A stretch of DNA of 64,000 nt, taken from the NCBI GenBank assembly GCA_965603825.1, contig CBFDEM010000005.1, positions 310,001-374,000 on the forward strand. The letters run 5' to 3'. The notes beneath the pieces are model-generated. The model was not told the origin of the DNA, searched no databases, and saw only the letters and a list, made by a program, of their open reading frames with translations. This DNA comes from Blepharisma stoltei ATCC 30299. Taxonomy: Eukaryota; Protista; Ciliophora. The translations under genes and the position numbers were made by a program. Positions 11,560-23,336 of this stretch are shown piece after piece (positions within the stretch are counted from its first letter, which is position 1; the number at the start of each line of letters is the position of its first letter).

Positions 11560-12354
11560 TTAAAGATAGTTATAAGATGTCGCTTCTTCTATTGGAGCTT
11601 TTGTCATTTCACTCCATAAAAATCTTCCCAACTGTAAGCATATATAAACTGCTGCAAGATTTAGCAATACTTTTACTATAGACAAATCTTCTTCAGGCTC
11701 ATCGCCTCTTCCAATGAAATACAGCAAATGTTGCACCAATGCATTGAATTTGTTTCTCAAATAAATAAGCACTGTTTTGACTCCAGCTGATCCTCAGCTT
11801 TTAATTCTAATTAAGGCTTCCCAAAAAACTCCCATAGAATGCATGCTGTTTTCAATAGTCTCAGCAGTAAAACAAAGCGAGCTGACTAATATAGAAAACC
11901 TTTCAATTGCAATCATCCCTTTTGATGGAGGCTCACCATAGGCTCCCATTCCCATTCCATATCCTCCCATTCCTCCGTATCCTCCATATCCTCCCATTCC
12001 CATCCCCATTCCTCCATATCCGCCATACCCCATTCCCATCCCCATTCCTCCATATGAAGAGTACATTCCAGGTCTATACATTGATGAGTAAGGTGACGAC
12101 GACATCATAGGTCTCCTTGCATATGTATTATTGCCTAATGCATTAAGAGTTGCTCCATTAGCTGTGGTTATGTTTCCAGATATTTGATTATTTGATGCGT
12201 TGGGCATTAATGCTGGATTTAAATTTGGATTAGTTTGGTTCGCAGTAATTGCTGGGGCAGGTGTAGCTGGAGCAGCAGACATCGTAGAGATTGGCTGTGT
12301 CGGAGGTTGGGTTTGAACTCTTGGACGCTCCCAAGGTTTAGGTGGTGCTGACAT
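11560..12354 (-). CDS. PEX13: Peroxin 13 without SH3 domain (264 aa)
   Basis: N-terminal PPKPWE, Tyr/Gly/Met-rich tract, hydrophobic segments. Joins through TGA 11794-11796. Confidence 0.8.
11940..12065 (-). repeat. Coding low-complexity GGYGGMGMGM repeats in PEX13
   Basis: Repeated CCCATTCCC/CCTCCATA units on the + strand. Confidence 0.8.
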
Positions 12355-12431
12355 ATTAAATTTCTAGACAATAACTCAGTATAGATTTTTATTCAATATA
12401 TCTTATTCAGGTTTTTAATTATATCGCAAAA

Positions 12432-12890
12432 TTAATCAGAAGCTGGGGTTGAATTTTTAATAAATTTCATAATTTTGTTCTTTATCAATGGCCCAGTGTA
12501 ATCTCCTATTGATTGTCCTTCCTTAAGAAGCACTAATGATGGGAAAGACTTCAAGCTCATCTCTTTGCAGGCTTGGTCATTTTCTTTACAGTTAATTTCT
12601 CCGAATAAAATCGGGCTTCTTTTCTTTTCTTTTGATTTTCTTGCTACACTCTTAATTTCTTTTATTTCCTCTTCTTTTTCATTTTGGTAGCAATAAAGAA
12701 GCATTAATCTGTTTGGAACCTTTCCTAATTTCACTAACTTTTCAGGAGTCATAGATACTACGTAATTTATCTCATCTACTTCAGGGTATCCAAAATATTT
12801 CCTTAATTTGTAATAGTAGCCTTGGTGCTCAAGAAAATAGTACCCAATTACGAACATCGAAATATATGGATACTTGTAAGGAGCTTTCAT
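12432..12890 (-). CDS. Membrane-anchored thioredoxin-fold protein lacking CxxC
   Basis: N-terminal hydrophobic stretch. FGEINCKENDQACKEMSLKSFPSLVLL...YTG is a typical Trx C-terminal half. Confidence 0.65.
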   Translation of the reverse strand: MKAPYKYPYISMFVIGYYFLEHQGYYYKLRKYFGYPEVDEINYVVSMTPEKLVKLGKVPNRLMLLYCYQNEKEEEIKEIKSVARKSKEKKRSPILFGEINCKENDQACKEMSLKSFPSLVLLKEGQSIGDYTGPLIKNKIMKFIKNSTPASD

Positions 12891-13199
12891 GTTGATTTTA
12901 TTATTAAAATAGCTAATAATATATATGCCTTTAATTAGAGAAATTATTTGAAATGTGAAAATTGAACTATTAATGGCAAAAAATTCTTTCTAATAAGAGG
13001 CATTAAGAATTAATGTTCAACGCTACATAAAAATTGGAAACAATCACAGAGTAAAAAAATTAATTAAAATTTAATTTTTATGACCTTAATCAAATGCCTT
13101 TATAAATTTTTTTGATCTTCACCATATACTTGAATATTACTATAGTTTCAAAATGAATCTATCAAAATAGCCATTTGAAAATGTAATTAAAATTCAGTT

Positions 13200-14219
13200 A
13201 TGACAGACATTGATTTAAGCGATCTCGAAAGAGGACTTCATGATTTATTCGAGTATGCATTCGTCACAAACTGCAAACTAGATGATGCTGAAGTAACTCC
13301 AGAAGAAAGGCAAACTCTTGGAGAATTAGACTCATTAGAAGTTCTTGAAAATTTTAAAGACCTCATTCTAGAGCTCATCAACTTTAAGAAAAATCATAAA
13401 AATTCAGACGCCGCTGAACTCAACCAGCGTTGTGAACAATTTGAAAAAATGCTGCAAAAACTAGAAGCTGAAGTCAGAAATCATATCAGGGTTGAGCATC
13501 AATTAAAGCTTCATATAGAAACAAGTCAAAGCAAAGTCGATGAACTAGAAAAATCCAATGAGCAAGCCAACGCTAAAATCAAAAAGCTGGAAAATAAGCT
13601 GCTGAATCTTGAAAAAAACCCTAAGCAGAGGCATAACGAAAATAAGCCGAACAATGAGAAAACTTTGCCAAAGGACCTTTTTATTAGGAAGGATACAGAA
13701 GATAAAATCACAAAGCTGGAAGAAATTGCTGAAAAAAGAGAGAAATTTATACAAAAACTCGAATCAGAGTTTGCCACAACAAAGTCATTATTAGAAGAAA
13801 AATCAAAAGAGTGTGAAAAATATAAAAAAGAAATTATAAAACTTAAAGAAAAAGAGAAGGAAAAAAGCGGGGATTTTAGAGTGATAAATAATATTGACTA
13901 TCTAAAGAAGAGGATTGAAGAAAAATCAATTGAGCTTGGAAAAGTTCAAATCAGGGTGAAAGATAAAACTGGTGAAAAATCTGCATTTATAAAAGAAAGA
14001 GGAAGAAACACAAGGGGATCGTTAGGGGAAATTGATTTGATGAGAAATGCATCACCAGATGGCCTTAGAAAAGAATTGACTGAACCTCCTCTTAGACATC
14101 ATGATGATAAAAAAGGAAATGGAACTATAAAAAGACCAAGGAGCTCTTCAAGAGGGCACATTAGAAGTGCGTCTGATCATGCTCGTCCAAACAGTTCAAA
14201 AAGAGCGCCTTCGAGGTAA
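13200..14219 (+). CDS. Coiled-coil protein (339 aa)
   Basis: Long E/K-rich heptad ORF containing EKMLQKLEAEVRNHIRVEHQLKLHIE. Confidence 0.75.
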   Translation: MTDIDLSDLERGLHDLFEYAFVTNCKLDDAEVTPEERQTLGELDSLEVLENFKDLILELINFKKNHKNSDAAELNQRCEQFEKMLQKLEAEVRNHIRVEHQLKLHIETSQSKVDELEKSNEQANAKIKKLENKLLNLEKNPKQRHNENKPNNEKTLPKDLFIRKDTEDKITKLEEIAEKREKFIQKLESEFATTKSLLEEKSKECEKYKKEIIKLKEKEKEKSGDFRVINNIDYLKKRIEEKSIELGKVQIRVKDKTGEKSAFIKERGRNTRGSLGEIDLMRNASPDGLRKELTEPPLRHHDDKKGNGTIKRPRSSSRGHIRSASDHARPNSSKRAPSR

Positions 14220-14227
14220 AATATGTA

Positions 14228-14806
14228 TTAATTAAGTTTATTTTTTCTCCGACTAATTTGATTTACTCTCAAATGTGAGCCTGTTTTAAAGTCGCGCACA
14301 AAGCTGTAGAGATTTAAATTTTTGCAAGGTTTATTATTGTCTTCTATTTTTTTACCATATTGATGATTCTTACATTTTCGCTTCAATTTGATATTTTCTG
14401 ACAAAAGCTCAATGATCAAGTCTTTCAGCTTTTCAGTTTGATTATTATAAGACGTGGACTGGCTAGAATTCGAGTATAATGAGTTATGTAATTCCATATT
14501 TTTTCTGGTTCTTTGAATAGATGGCCTTAAGTTATTATCTTCTTCTAATGAAAAATGATGAGATTGCTTATCCAAAGAAATATTGGATAAGCTTCTTTGA
14601 TAAATTTTATCTGTATTGCATACTTCAGAAGTAGTTAAATCATTCATATTAATATGAGTTAAAGTTTGTCGTTTTTGATTTTTTCTATTATAATATTTCA
14701 AGGCTTCGCCTCTGTTAATAGTTCCCGAAAGTCTATCAATTAGCTCTGCTTCTTCACAATTAGAAACGTGAATAGAACCATTTGATATTTTTTTCTTATC
14801 AGCCAT
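14228..14806 (-). CDS. Hypothetical protein (192 aa)
   Basis: ATG-TAA ORF with a short coiled coil. Confidence 0.6.
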   Translation of the reverse strand: MADKKKISNGSIHVSNCEEAELIDRLSGTINRGEALKYYNRKNQKRQTLTHINMNDLTTSEVCNTDKIYQRSLSNISLDKQSHHFSLEEDNNLRPSIQRTRKNMELHNSLYSNSSQSTSYNNQTEKLKDLIIELLSENIKLKRKCKNHQYGKKIEDNNKPCKNLNLYSFVRDFKTGSHLRVNQISRRKNKLN

Positions 14807-15126
14807 TATATATTTTCATATTTTCTAGCAAAGATAATAAATATGTGTGTTAAATGAATGATAAAACATCAATTATTTATGATAAGGTATTTGATAATAT
14901 CAAAAATTTTGATAAAAATGATTTGTGTCCTATATAATATTTTATTTTTCCATTAGCCACTACCTTTTAACTTAACCCTTAATTCTATTTCTTAGTCATA
15001 TCAATTCATCCATATAATTTTTACAAATTAGTAAAGATCGCTTAATGTGATTGGCAATCCGATTCTTTTATTGCATATATAACAACTTAATCTTCCCTGA
15101 TTCTTGCATAACTTTATAAATGAACT

Positions 15127-16885
15127 ATGGAGCGTACTTCAATAGACAACGAACTTAATAGTACTCGTGACGAAGAAGACGAAGACCTTTCAAGTCTGAT
15201 TCACTCTTATCCAAACAACAAAAATGAGGTAGTCGAAGTGTCTCCTAAAGGAAGATTTTTTAGAGTAAATTTTTACATAGTTTAATGATCTCTTAGGATC
15301 TGGAGCCTATAAAACTGTATATCGAGGGCTGGACAATGACCAAGGGTGTGAAGTTGCCTGAAACAGTATCAGTGTTAAAAATCTACCTGCTGAAGATAGA
15401 GCTCAAATAGCCGAAGAAGTCAAATTAAATAGGAGACTTAATCATCCTAATATTGTTCATTTCATATCAGCCTGGACAAATCCTAATAAAGAAGAGCTCG
15501 TCTTCATTTCTGAGATCGTCACTGGAGGATCACTACGACAATACTTAAAGAAGATAAAATTTCCAAGGTTAAAAGTAATCAAAAGCTGATGCAAAGGAAT
15601 TCTCCAAGGTCTGCAGTATTTGCACTCACAAAAGCCTTGACCGATAATACACAGAGATCTGAAATGTGATAATATTTTCATCATGTCTAACACAGGAGAT
15701 ATAAAAATCGGAGATTTTGGTTTATCTACAATCATGAGAAGCAAATTGCATACATCAGTATTAGGAACTCCAGAATATATGGCACCTGAGGTCTACGAAG
15801 GCAGCTATGATACGAAAGTCGATATTTTTTCGTTCGGAATGTGCGTCTTAGAAATGTGCACACTTTCAGCACCTTATAAAGAGTGCAAAACCCCGGCAGC
15901 CGTCTATCGAAAAGTTATGTCACGAATTATGCCTGAATCCTTGAAAAAAATTCAAGACGACGAAGTCAAAAAGTTTATTACACTATGCTTGGAAACAGCT
16001 GATAAGAGGCCAGCTGCAAGCGAGCTCTTAAATCACTCATTTTTAGTAATAGATGAAGAAGACCCTAGAGTGCATCAAGCTGTTCTGCTTGCTAATGAAA
16101 ATGACGAAGTCTTGCAAAATCTTCAAAATAACTTAATTTTGGCAGGAAATATTGCAAATGAGCCAGAGAAGAACCTTGTAGAAAGCTCTTTGATAATCAA
16201 AGACAACAGAGGAGCACTTAGACAGGTGACTTTTCAATTTGATTTAAATTCAGACACACCTGAAAAAGTGGCCGAAGAAATGGTTAGAGATCTTGATCTT
16301 GATCCAGCCTTAGCCATCCCTATTGCAAATGAAATTGAAATTCTAGTATTTTCAAACACAAATTCTAAAAATTTATGCTCAGAATGTTATTTTAAAGAAA
16401 AAAATTGCCCAGAAAAAAATGAGGATATATGTAAGCATGTCAACAATCGAGCTCCTATATATAGCAATAGAAAAGTTTCGATATCGGCTCCAGAAGATGT
16501 TAGGATTAGCCAGAATTCTTTAGAAAAAGAACAATCCGAACACACATTAGATGATTTATTACAATTAGATAATACAGATTTTAATATTTATAGCAAAGAA
16601 TTACCACCGATCAATGAAGAAGTCCAGCGACCTTTTAGAGGGGCAATAAGAAAAAGATCAAAAATAGGAAACGACAAAGAAAACGTGATGCTATTGCAAC
16701 AAGCGCTGTCAGCAGTACTCCGAACACGAATAAAAATGGACGGATTTTACGGAGAAAAATGCGAAAATCAAGTCAAGAAATTTCAAGACAAAATTGGATT
16801 AGAACCAAATGGTATCGTCTCAGAAGAATTATGAAATAGATTAATGCTTGAATATAGTAAAGTATGCGAAGAAGATTCAGATTAA
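15127..16885 (+). CDS. WNK: WNK-family kinase + CCT-like domain + C-terminal peptidoglycan-binding-like domain
   Basis: ATG 15127 and a 16-nt intron 15265-15280. GSGAYKTVY (WNK Lys in beta2), EVAW(TGA)N, KSW(TGA)C, IIHRDLKCDNIF, GTPEYMAPE. Reads through TGA 16832-16834 to TAA 16883-16885. Confidence 0.9.
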
Positions 16886-16958
16886 ATCGTCTTCTAAAAT
16901 TTAATTCTAATCAGGATTCTATTTACATTAATTATAATTGAAATGCGAATTAATTAAT

Positions 16959-17714
16959 TTACTCGAGATACCAGGACTGTGGAAAACCTGCGGCATCTCT
17001 TAATTTTGTGTTAAAAGGTGGACGAATTTGTAGTTTAAAGGCTGAAAGGACACTTTTATATACTTCTTTTGGATTATCCCCTGCAAAATGAAGAAATCAT
17101 TTAAGCCCAATTTTTACATGTGAAACTTCTTCAGAAATAATTTTCGACAACAGCAATGCCGAAGTTTTATCCGTGTTCGAGCTTTTCAATTTATTTATAA
17201 GGCGATCATGAGAATCCAAAGCTCTTCCTTCACTAAATAGAGAAGTAAGCACAATTCTTGCACAAATATCAGCTGATGTCTTCTTTGAGTAAAAATAAAG
17301 AGCGTCATTGCATGGGATTGAGGGAAATGAATACCCTAAGCTTTCCATCCTAGTTATAATTAAGCCAAAATGATGCGATTCTTCGCTGGCAATTTGAGCA
17401 AAATCATGGTAAAATTCATAGGGAGCATCTGGAATTGAAAGAGTGTCTCAATACATAAAAATTGCCATCAATTCAATATAAGCTGCTGAATGAAGAAGGC
17501 TGTGCTCAAGCGGGATTTTTAGCTTTGGTTTAGCTGTAAAAGGGTTAATAAACTCAAGATTTTCAGGGAAAACTCATTCATTTTCCACTTTTTCGCCAAG
17601 CTGAAGCTTATTTGTTTTGATTTGCTCAAAGCCTTGCCTCGAAAGTGACAATTTTGTAGCGAGATCTGGTGCTTTCAATATTCCTGAGACAATTTGTCTT
17701 ATTGTATGAGACAT
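16959..17714 (-). CDS. DUF455 ferritin-like (di-iron) protein (251 aa)
   Basis: With 3 TGA=Trp: LLHSAAYIELMA, YW(TGA)D, EESHHF, EGRALD, EEVSHVKIGLKW(TGA)F, PPFNTKLRDAAGFPQSWY. Confidence 0.8.
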
Positions 17715-17782
17715 CGATGACTTTTAAAATATTTCCATTACATTCCCATGATTTATCATTAAATTCAATTTTATAAAATAAA

Positions 17783-18406
17783 TTAGCTACTTACGAAATA
17801 AAAGCTCGTCTTGCAGGTTGAAGTACCTTTGCAGTTCACTTGGCTATAATTTTTATCAAAGCAAAATCTGACTTCTTTGAGATAACTTTTTGAATTAATG
17901 GTGGAGCATGTTGTATCAACCGTATATTTAAGTGCCTTTATAAAAGCGTCCTTTGAGACTTCTGAGGTGCCTGGCTTGACTCCTCCTGCGCTTAAAGTGC
18001 TGAGAATGTTTAATTGTTTATAAAGGGCTACTCCTTTGTCGAAATATGAATTGCATGGTATAGAGGGAGTAATGCAAGTCCCATGTTTTGTCCATTCATG
18101 GGTCCAGAAAGTTTTGGAGTCTCCATTATTTGATTGCCAGTATTTTTTAAGTTCTGTTTCTGTACTTGTAGTGATGTTTAATGGCGAATTAGGGACACAG
18201 TCTTGAGGGTATGTGCCGGACCAATTTTCAGGCCAAAGTCCGTGGATGTTGAAGTTAGTTGATAAGTACCCACTTGGGCAAGATTTATTAAGGCAGTCAG
18301 TTGGCTTCCATTGGACTACAAATAAGTAATACTCATAGCTTGCAGTTAAATCAAACGGAAAAGATGCAAGTGCAACTGAAATAAGCAAAGCCGCAATAAT
18401 TCTCAT
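17783..18406 (-). CDS. RNASET2: Secreted ribonuclease T2
   Basis: Signal peptide, CAS I FNIHGLWP, CAS II FWTHEWTKHGTC. Confidence 0.95.
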   Translation of the reverse strand: MRIIAALLISVALASFPFDLTASYEYYLFVVQWKPTDCLNKSCPSGYLSTNFNIHGLWPENWSGTYPQDCVPNSPLNITTSTETELKKYWQSNNGDSKTFWTHEWTKHGTCITPSIPCNSYFDKGVALYKQLNILSTLSAGGVKPGTSEVSKDAFIKALKYTVDTTCSTINSKSYLKEVRFCFDKNYSQVNCKGTSTCKTSFYFVSS

Positions 18407-18688
18407 TATATAATGGGCGAAAAAATTAAATTGATAAATAGCATTGCCAGATTTCTAAATAAAGATAGATAAAGCTTTCAAATTTGCTCTCCATTTTTGA
18501 GTTATTTATTATCACAGAAAATATGAATTTTATGCTATATGAGGCTCATATTTAGTCATCTTATTTTATTTGATTTTATAAGTCAAGTATCAGCACATAA
18601 ATAAAACCTAAAACTATATCTATTTTTAATAGCCTTACAAAATCATTGAGAAACGAATTTTTTTAAACGTTATTGAAAATTAAAAACC

Positions 18689-20359
18689 ATGTTTTCTATC
18701 TCCAAGAAGCATCTTAATTCTCAATCTCCTAAGGGAGCAGAGTATTCCATTTCATCAAATAGAGATTTTCCTCTAAGAGGATTTCAGAGGCAGCACAGGA
18801 ACAGCACAATTTCTCACCATAACTCAGTCAAAGCGTTTAATTATCGAGATTCAAGTCCTGCCTTATTAAATTCAAATCATTATGGAGGAGATGTATCAGT
18901 CAATACTCCTCTCATTGTCCCGAAAAAATACTCCATAGCAATAACAAACTACACTCTCACTGAAAATCCTGAAAAATCAATAAAAAATGACTCCTCGAAG
19001 CTGTCCCTTATAATTAACAAAACCGAGCCACCAAGCCCTTCAAAAGAATTTATATCTACTCAAAACACGAATTTATTAAGTAGCTCTAAGCACAACACTT
19101 ATATCGCTATTTCTTCTCGAAATATTTTCAAAAAAGATCACTTTTTCAAAAACAATGATTTTCCGAGAACTTTTGCAAACGATTTTGAGCTTAAAGGATA
19201 CAAGCTATCAATATCACAATTGCGAAAAAATTTACAGTTTGAAAGCTCCAAGCTATATAAAAGTCAAAAAAATCTCAATAATATTCATCTTGAACCATTG
19301 GGTAAAGCCAACGAACTCATTAAAGAAGATACTACATCAAAATTTACTTCCCCAGCAGCTGCAGGAAGCTCTAGACCTGATACCGGTGAAACAGATGGAG
19401 CATCAATTCAGTCACTGAGCTATGGACAATCATTAATAAATAAAGAGCCGACTTTAAATGAAATGATAGAAGAAATGAGCTCAACATCAGACGTGACCAA
19501 ATATCATGAATTTAAATTCAAGCTGATGACTGAAGACAAATTTTACAAAGATATCAATGGGAATATAAGAAAATGAAAAGCTGGGGATACTTTAGGAAAT
19601 GGAAGCTATGGGAATGTTATAAAAGCTTTTGATGTAGAAACAGGAGAAATATTTGCTGTTAAACGGCTGTTTTTTAATAAAGAAAACCAATTCCAAGCAG
19701 AACTTGTAGACTCTATTGACATTGAAATCAATATATTGAAAGATCTTTCGCATCCAAATATAGTGAAATACTTAGGTTGTGAAAAAGTTTATGATACTTT
19801 ATGCATATATTTCGAGTATATGCCAGGAGGATGCTTATCCAGGCTACTTTACAATCTGGGTCCTCTTCCTGAAGATGTAGTGAAAATTTATTTAAAACAG
19901 ATTTTGTCAGGGCTTATTTATCTACACTCTCTAAATATATTACATAGAGATATTAAAGGAGCAAATATTTTAATAGATTCAGAAGGAACGCTCAAGTTAG
20001 GCGATTTTGGCTGCTCTAAAAAATATACAACGACAAATGATTCTGGATTTTTAACAAGTGCCAAAGGAAGTCTGCCTTGGATGGCTCCTGAAGTAGTTAA
20101 GCAAAGTGGCTATGGCAGAAAGGCTGATATATGAAGCATAGGATGCCTTACATTAGAAATGCTGAATGCAGAACCACCTTGGAAAGGTCATGATAACTAT
20201 ATAGTTGTTATGATGAAAATTGCAATGACAGACGAACTTCCAGTTTTCCCTGCTAGTATATCTGCAACAGCAAAGGACTTTATTATGGTCTGTCTACAAA
20301 AAGATCCTCATAAGAGACCTTCTGCAGAAGAGTTGATGTGTCACCCATTTTTATCATAA
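18689..20359 (+). CDS. STE11/MEKK-type Ser/Thr kinase (556 aa)
   Basis: Three ORFs join through TGA: KW(TGA)KAGDTLGNGSYG, HRDIKGANIL, DFG, GSLPWMAPE, ADIW(TGA)S. Confidence 0.9.
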
Positions 20360-20527
20360 TTAATGTTTTGATTATCAATTAATTATTTTATTTTGTTTTG
20401 CTATAATCAAATATTCTTAATGATAATATAAAATCATAGCTCATTTTCTTTTTTATTTCAAAAAATTTTAAATAAACTTAAATTTAAAAGTTACCACTTT
20501 AATGAAATAATTGATTTTCACATAAAG

Positions 20528-20956
20528 ATGGAAGGAAGAGAAGAATTCAAAGCTCCAGCACCACCAGCAAACTTGCAAGCTCCAAAGAGAACTTATAAAT
20601 TTGCAAACAAAGCCAAGAAGGAAAGAGGAGCAAAATCTCACATTGATTTTATGAGGATGGCAGACAGTGCTGAGAATCCTTTTGGGATAGACAGGAGTGC
20701 TGGCTTGAGGCATTTCACAATGGAAGAAGTTGAACAGCACAATAAAGAAGGCGATGCTTGAATTATTTTGAATGAGAAAGTTTATGACATGACTAAATAC
20801 ATAGACTATCACCCAGGAGGGTCTATTATCATGCAAGCTGCAGGAAAAGATGGAACAGCACTTTACAACAGATACCACCCGTGGGTCAGTGCAACTGCTA
20901 TACTAGGAAAATTTCAAATAGGAACGGTCACAGTCAGAAGGAACTTCTTGATTTAG
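20528..20956 (+). CDS. Cytochrome b5-like heme-binding protein (resembles CYB5R4 N-terminal part)
   Basis: EEVEQHNKEGDAW(TGA)IILNEKVYDMT, HPGG, YHPWVS. Confidence 0.85.
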
Positions 20957-20989
20957 ATATTATAACTTTTTTCAAATTATTTTAATAAA

Positions 20990-21853
20990 ATGATAAAAAA
21001 TGCCACAAAAGTAATTGCTGGGCTAAAGCAAGAAAGGTTGTCATCATCTATTATCCTATGTAGACCCCATAATAACCATTTCCAGGTCCTTATGATTAAA
21101 CGTAAATCTTCTATGAGTTTTTCAAATGCACTAGTTTTTCCTGGTGGGGCTTTAGAAAAGTATGACACAGATCCAAGATGGGCAAATATTATCGAAACCC
21201 CTTCAGAAGAAATTCAGGAAACTGCTTACTCACAAAAAATTGACTTAAAATCCTTAATGATTGGAGCAATCAGAGAAACCTGAGAAGAAGTTGGAATCCT
21301 GCTTGCGAATAAGACTATCTCAAGAACACAAACAGGAGAAGAATTTTTAGAGTCATGCTTAAAAGAAGGCTCGAGGCCTGAAATCGAGAAACTTCACTAC
21401 TTTAACAGATTGATCACTCCGCTCAATATGCCAAATCGATTTGATACTGTATTTTTCTTGGCAGTTTTAGAAGCTGATCGAGAGGTCCAACTCGATACAA
21501 ACGAAAGTGACTATTACTTGTGGGCTGAGCCTAAAGAGTTTATTAGCAAGCATATTCAAAAAGAAATTATTCTTTTCCCGCCACAGGCTTGTGCATTATC
21601 AACTTTGTCGAAATTCCAAAATCTGAGCCATGTTATTGACTATACAAGGAGATTAAGAAAAATACCAACGTTGGTAGATCTTATTAATAATACCTATGCA
21701 TATTTAATGGGAGACTATAGAAATCAGTATACTCCTGATCATTTCAAGCAGTCCAAAGGAATTCATTGTCTTGAGCTAGGAAAAACAGAGATTAGATATC
21801 AAGTATCTCCTGATGTAGAAAGTTTTTTAATGTTTCCTTCAGAAAGGCTATAG
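20990..21853 (+). CDS. NUDT19: Nudix hydrolase, NUDT19-like
   Basis: MSFSNALVFPGG, GAIRETW(TGA)EEVGI, RFDTVFFL, LFPPQ. Confidence 0.8.
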
Positions 21854-21997
21854 CAGTAGTTTTTTGGTAATTAATTATTACGTTTATTAGACTGATTCTC
21901 AACAGCTCTTATATAAATTAGCACTTATTACTGATTATACTCTATGAATCTTAAAATATTGTTGGCTAAGCTTAATTATACTAATAAATTCAGAAAT

Positions 21998-22765
21998 ATG
22001 GGATGTTGTTCAAATAGACCAATATTAAACGCGACTCAAAAAAAGTTAAAAAGTTTCTTGAATGTTTTCCACAAGTCAGAAACCTTAATTATTGAAAACA
22101 ACCCAAATAACTCAACACCAGAAACTGATGAAAAAAATGAATCTTACAAAAAAGATTTCCTTGCTATTACATATGATTTCATTGATGACAGTGAAGATGC
22201 ATTAGCGGAGTTTTACAATTTGACTGGCATAAAGCTAAGTTCATATGAAGATTTCTGCAGTAGAATAAAAATTTCTGAAAATCTTATCAAAAATCCTTCA
22301 GGGGAAGAAGGCTTTGAAAATTGGATTGCTGAAAATAAAGGAGAAGGGTGGGAAATTCAGAATGTAGGCTGCTATAAAGGTAAAAAAGGCGTCTTTGTTG
22401 CTTCATATGAGTGATCTTCATTGAAGCAAACAATAGATATCCCAGAAGGCAGTTGCCATCGTATTCTTTTAGTAGGAAGCCATATATGCAGAAAAGCAGA
22501 GTATGAATGTGAGGCTAAAATAAGGTTAAAAACATTTGAAAAAGGCTGCATAAACGAGCAAGAAATAAATTTCGATTGTCCTTACAAAGAGCCGATAATA
22601 GATAATTTTTGTGCATGGACAATCATGTCACTAAGTTCTGGAATAAGCAAGCAGCAGCAAACTGTAGAGGTAGTGTTCAGTGGAAAAGATAAATTGTTCG
22701 CTTCAGGCCATTTAGGAGCAAGGTTTGGGTTCTGCTTTGCGTATTTAATCGAATATCAAAATTAA
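21998..22765 (+). CDS. N-acylated protein with FBA (Fbs-type sugar-binding) domain
   Basis: MGCC start. NLIKNPSGEEGFENW...GEGW, FVASYEW(TGA)SSLKQTIDI, GKDKLFASGHLGARF. Confidence 0.75.
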
Positions 22766-22924
22766 TATCTCTATAGGAGTGAATTATTTTATAGAGAGAA
22801 ATAATTTAATTATTAGCAAGCTAAATTTAAAAGCAAATTCTCTAGGGAGAAAATAATTCCAATAGAAAAATAGAACTGAGGGGTATATTTATCAATTAAG
22901 AATCGAATTTTATTATAATTTAAA

Positions 22925-23194
22925 ATGGCCGAAAGGAGAGCTGTGATTAAAAACGCGGATATGTCCGAAGAAATGCAACAAGATGCAGTTGACTGCGCAA
23001 ACCAAGCCATGGAAAGGTTCAATATAGAAAAAGACATCGCCGCCTACATTAAGAAGGAGTTTGATAAAAAATACAACCCTACATGGCATTGCATTGTGGG
23101 CAGAAACTTTGGCAGTTACGTGACCCACGAGACAAGACACTTTATATATTTCTACTTAGGACAAGTAGCGATATTACTTTTTAAATCAGGATAA
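22925..23194 (+). CDS. DYNLL1: Dynein light chain LC8
   Basis: Near-canonical [16 protein letters not shown]...[19 protein letters not shown]...LLFKSG. Confidence 0.98.
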   Translation: MAERRAVIKNADMSEEMQQDAVDCANQAMERFNIEKDIAAYIKKEFDKKYNPTWHCIVGRNFGSYVTHETRHFIYFYLGQVAILLFKSG

Positions 23195-23336
23195 GCATTT
23201 ATTTAAATAATTATTTGGCTAACTTTTTCTCAAAGCTGTAGAACTCGATTCAAAATTTGATTTATTTATAAGAAAAGCTGTTATAGCTAATTTATAGAAA
23301 GAAGCTAAACTGTTTGATATTTAAGTAAAGATTTAC

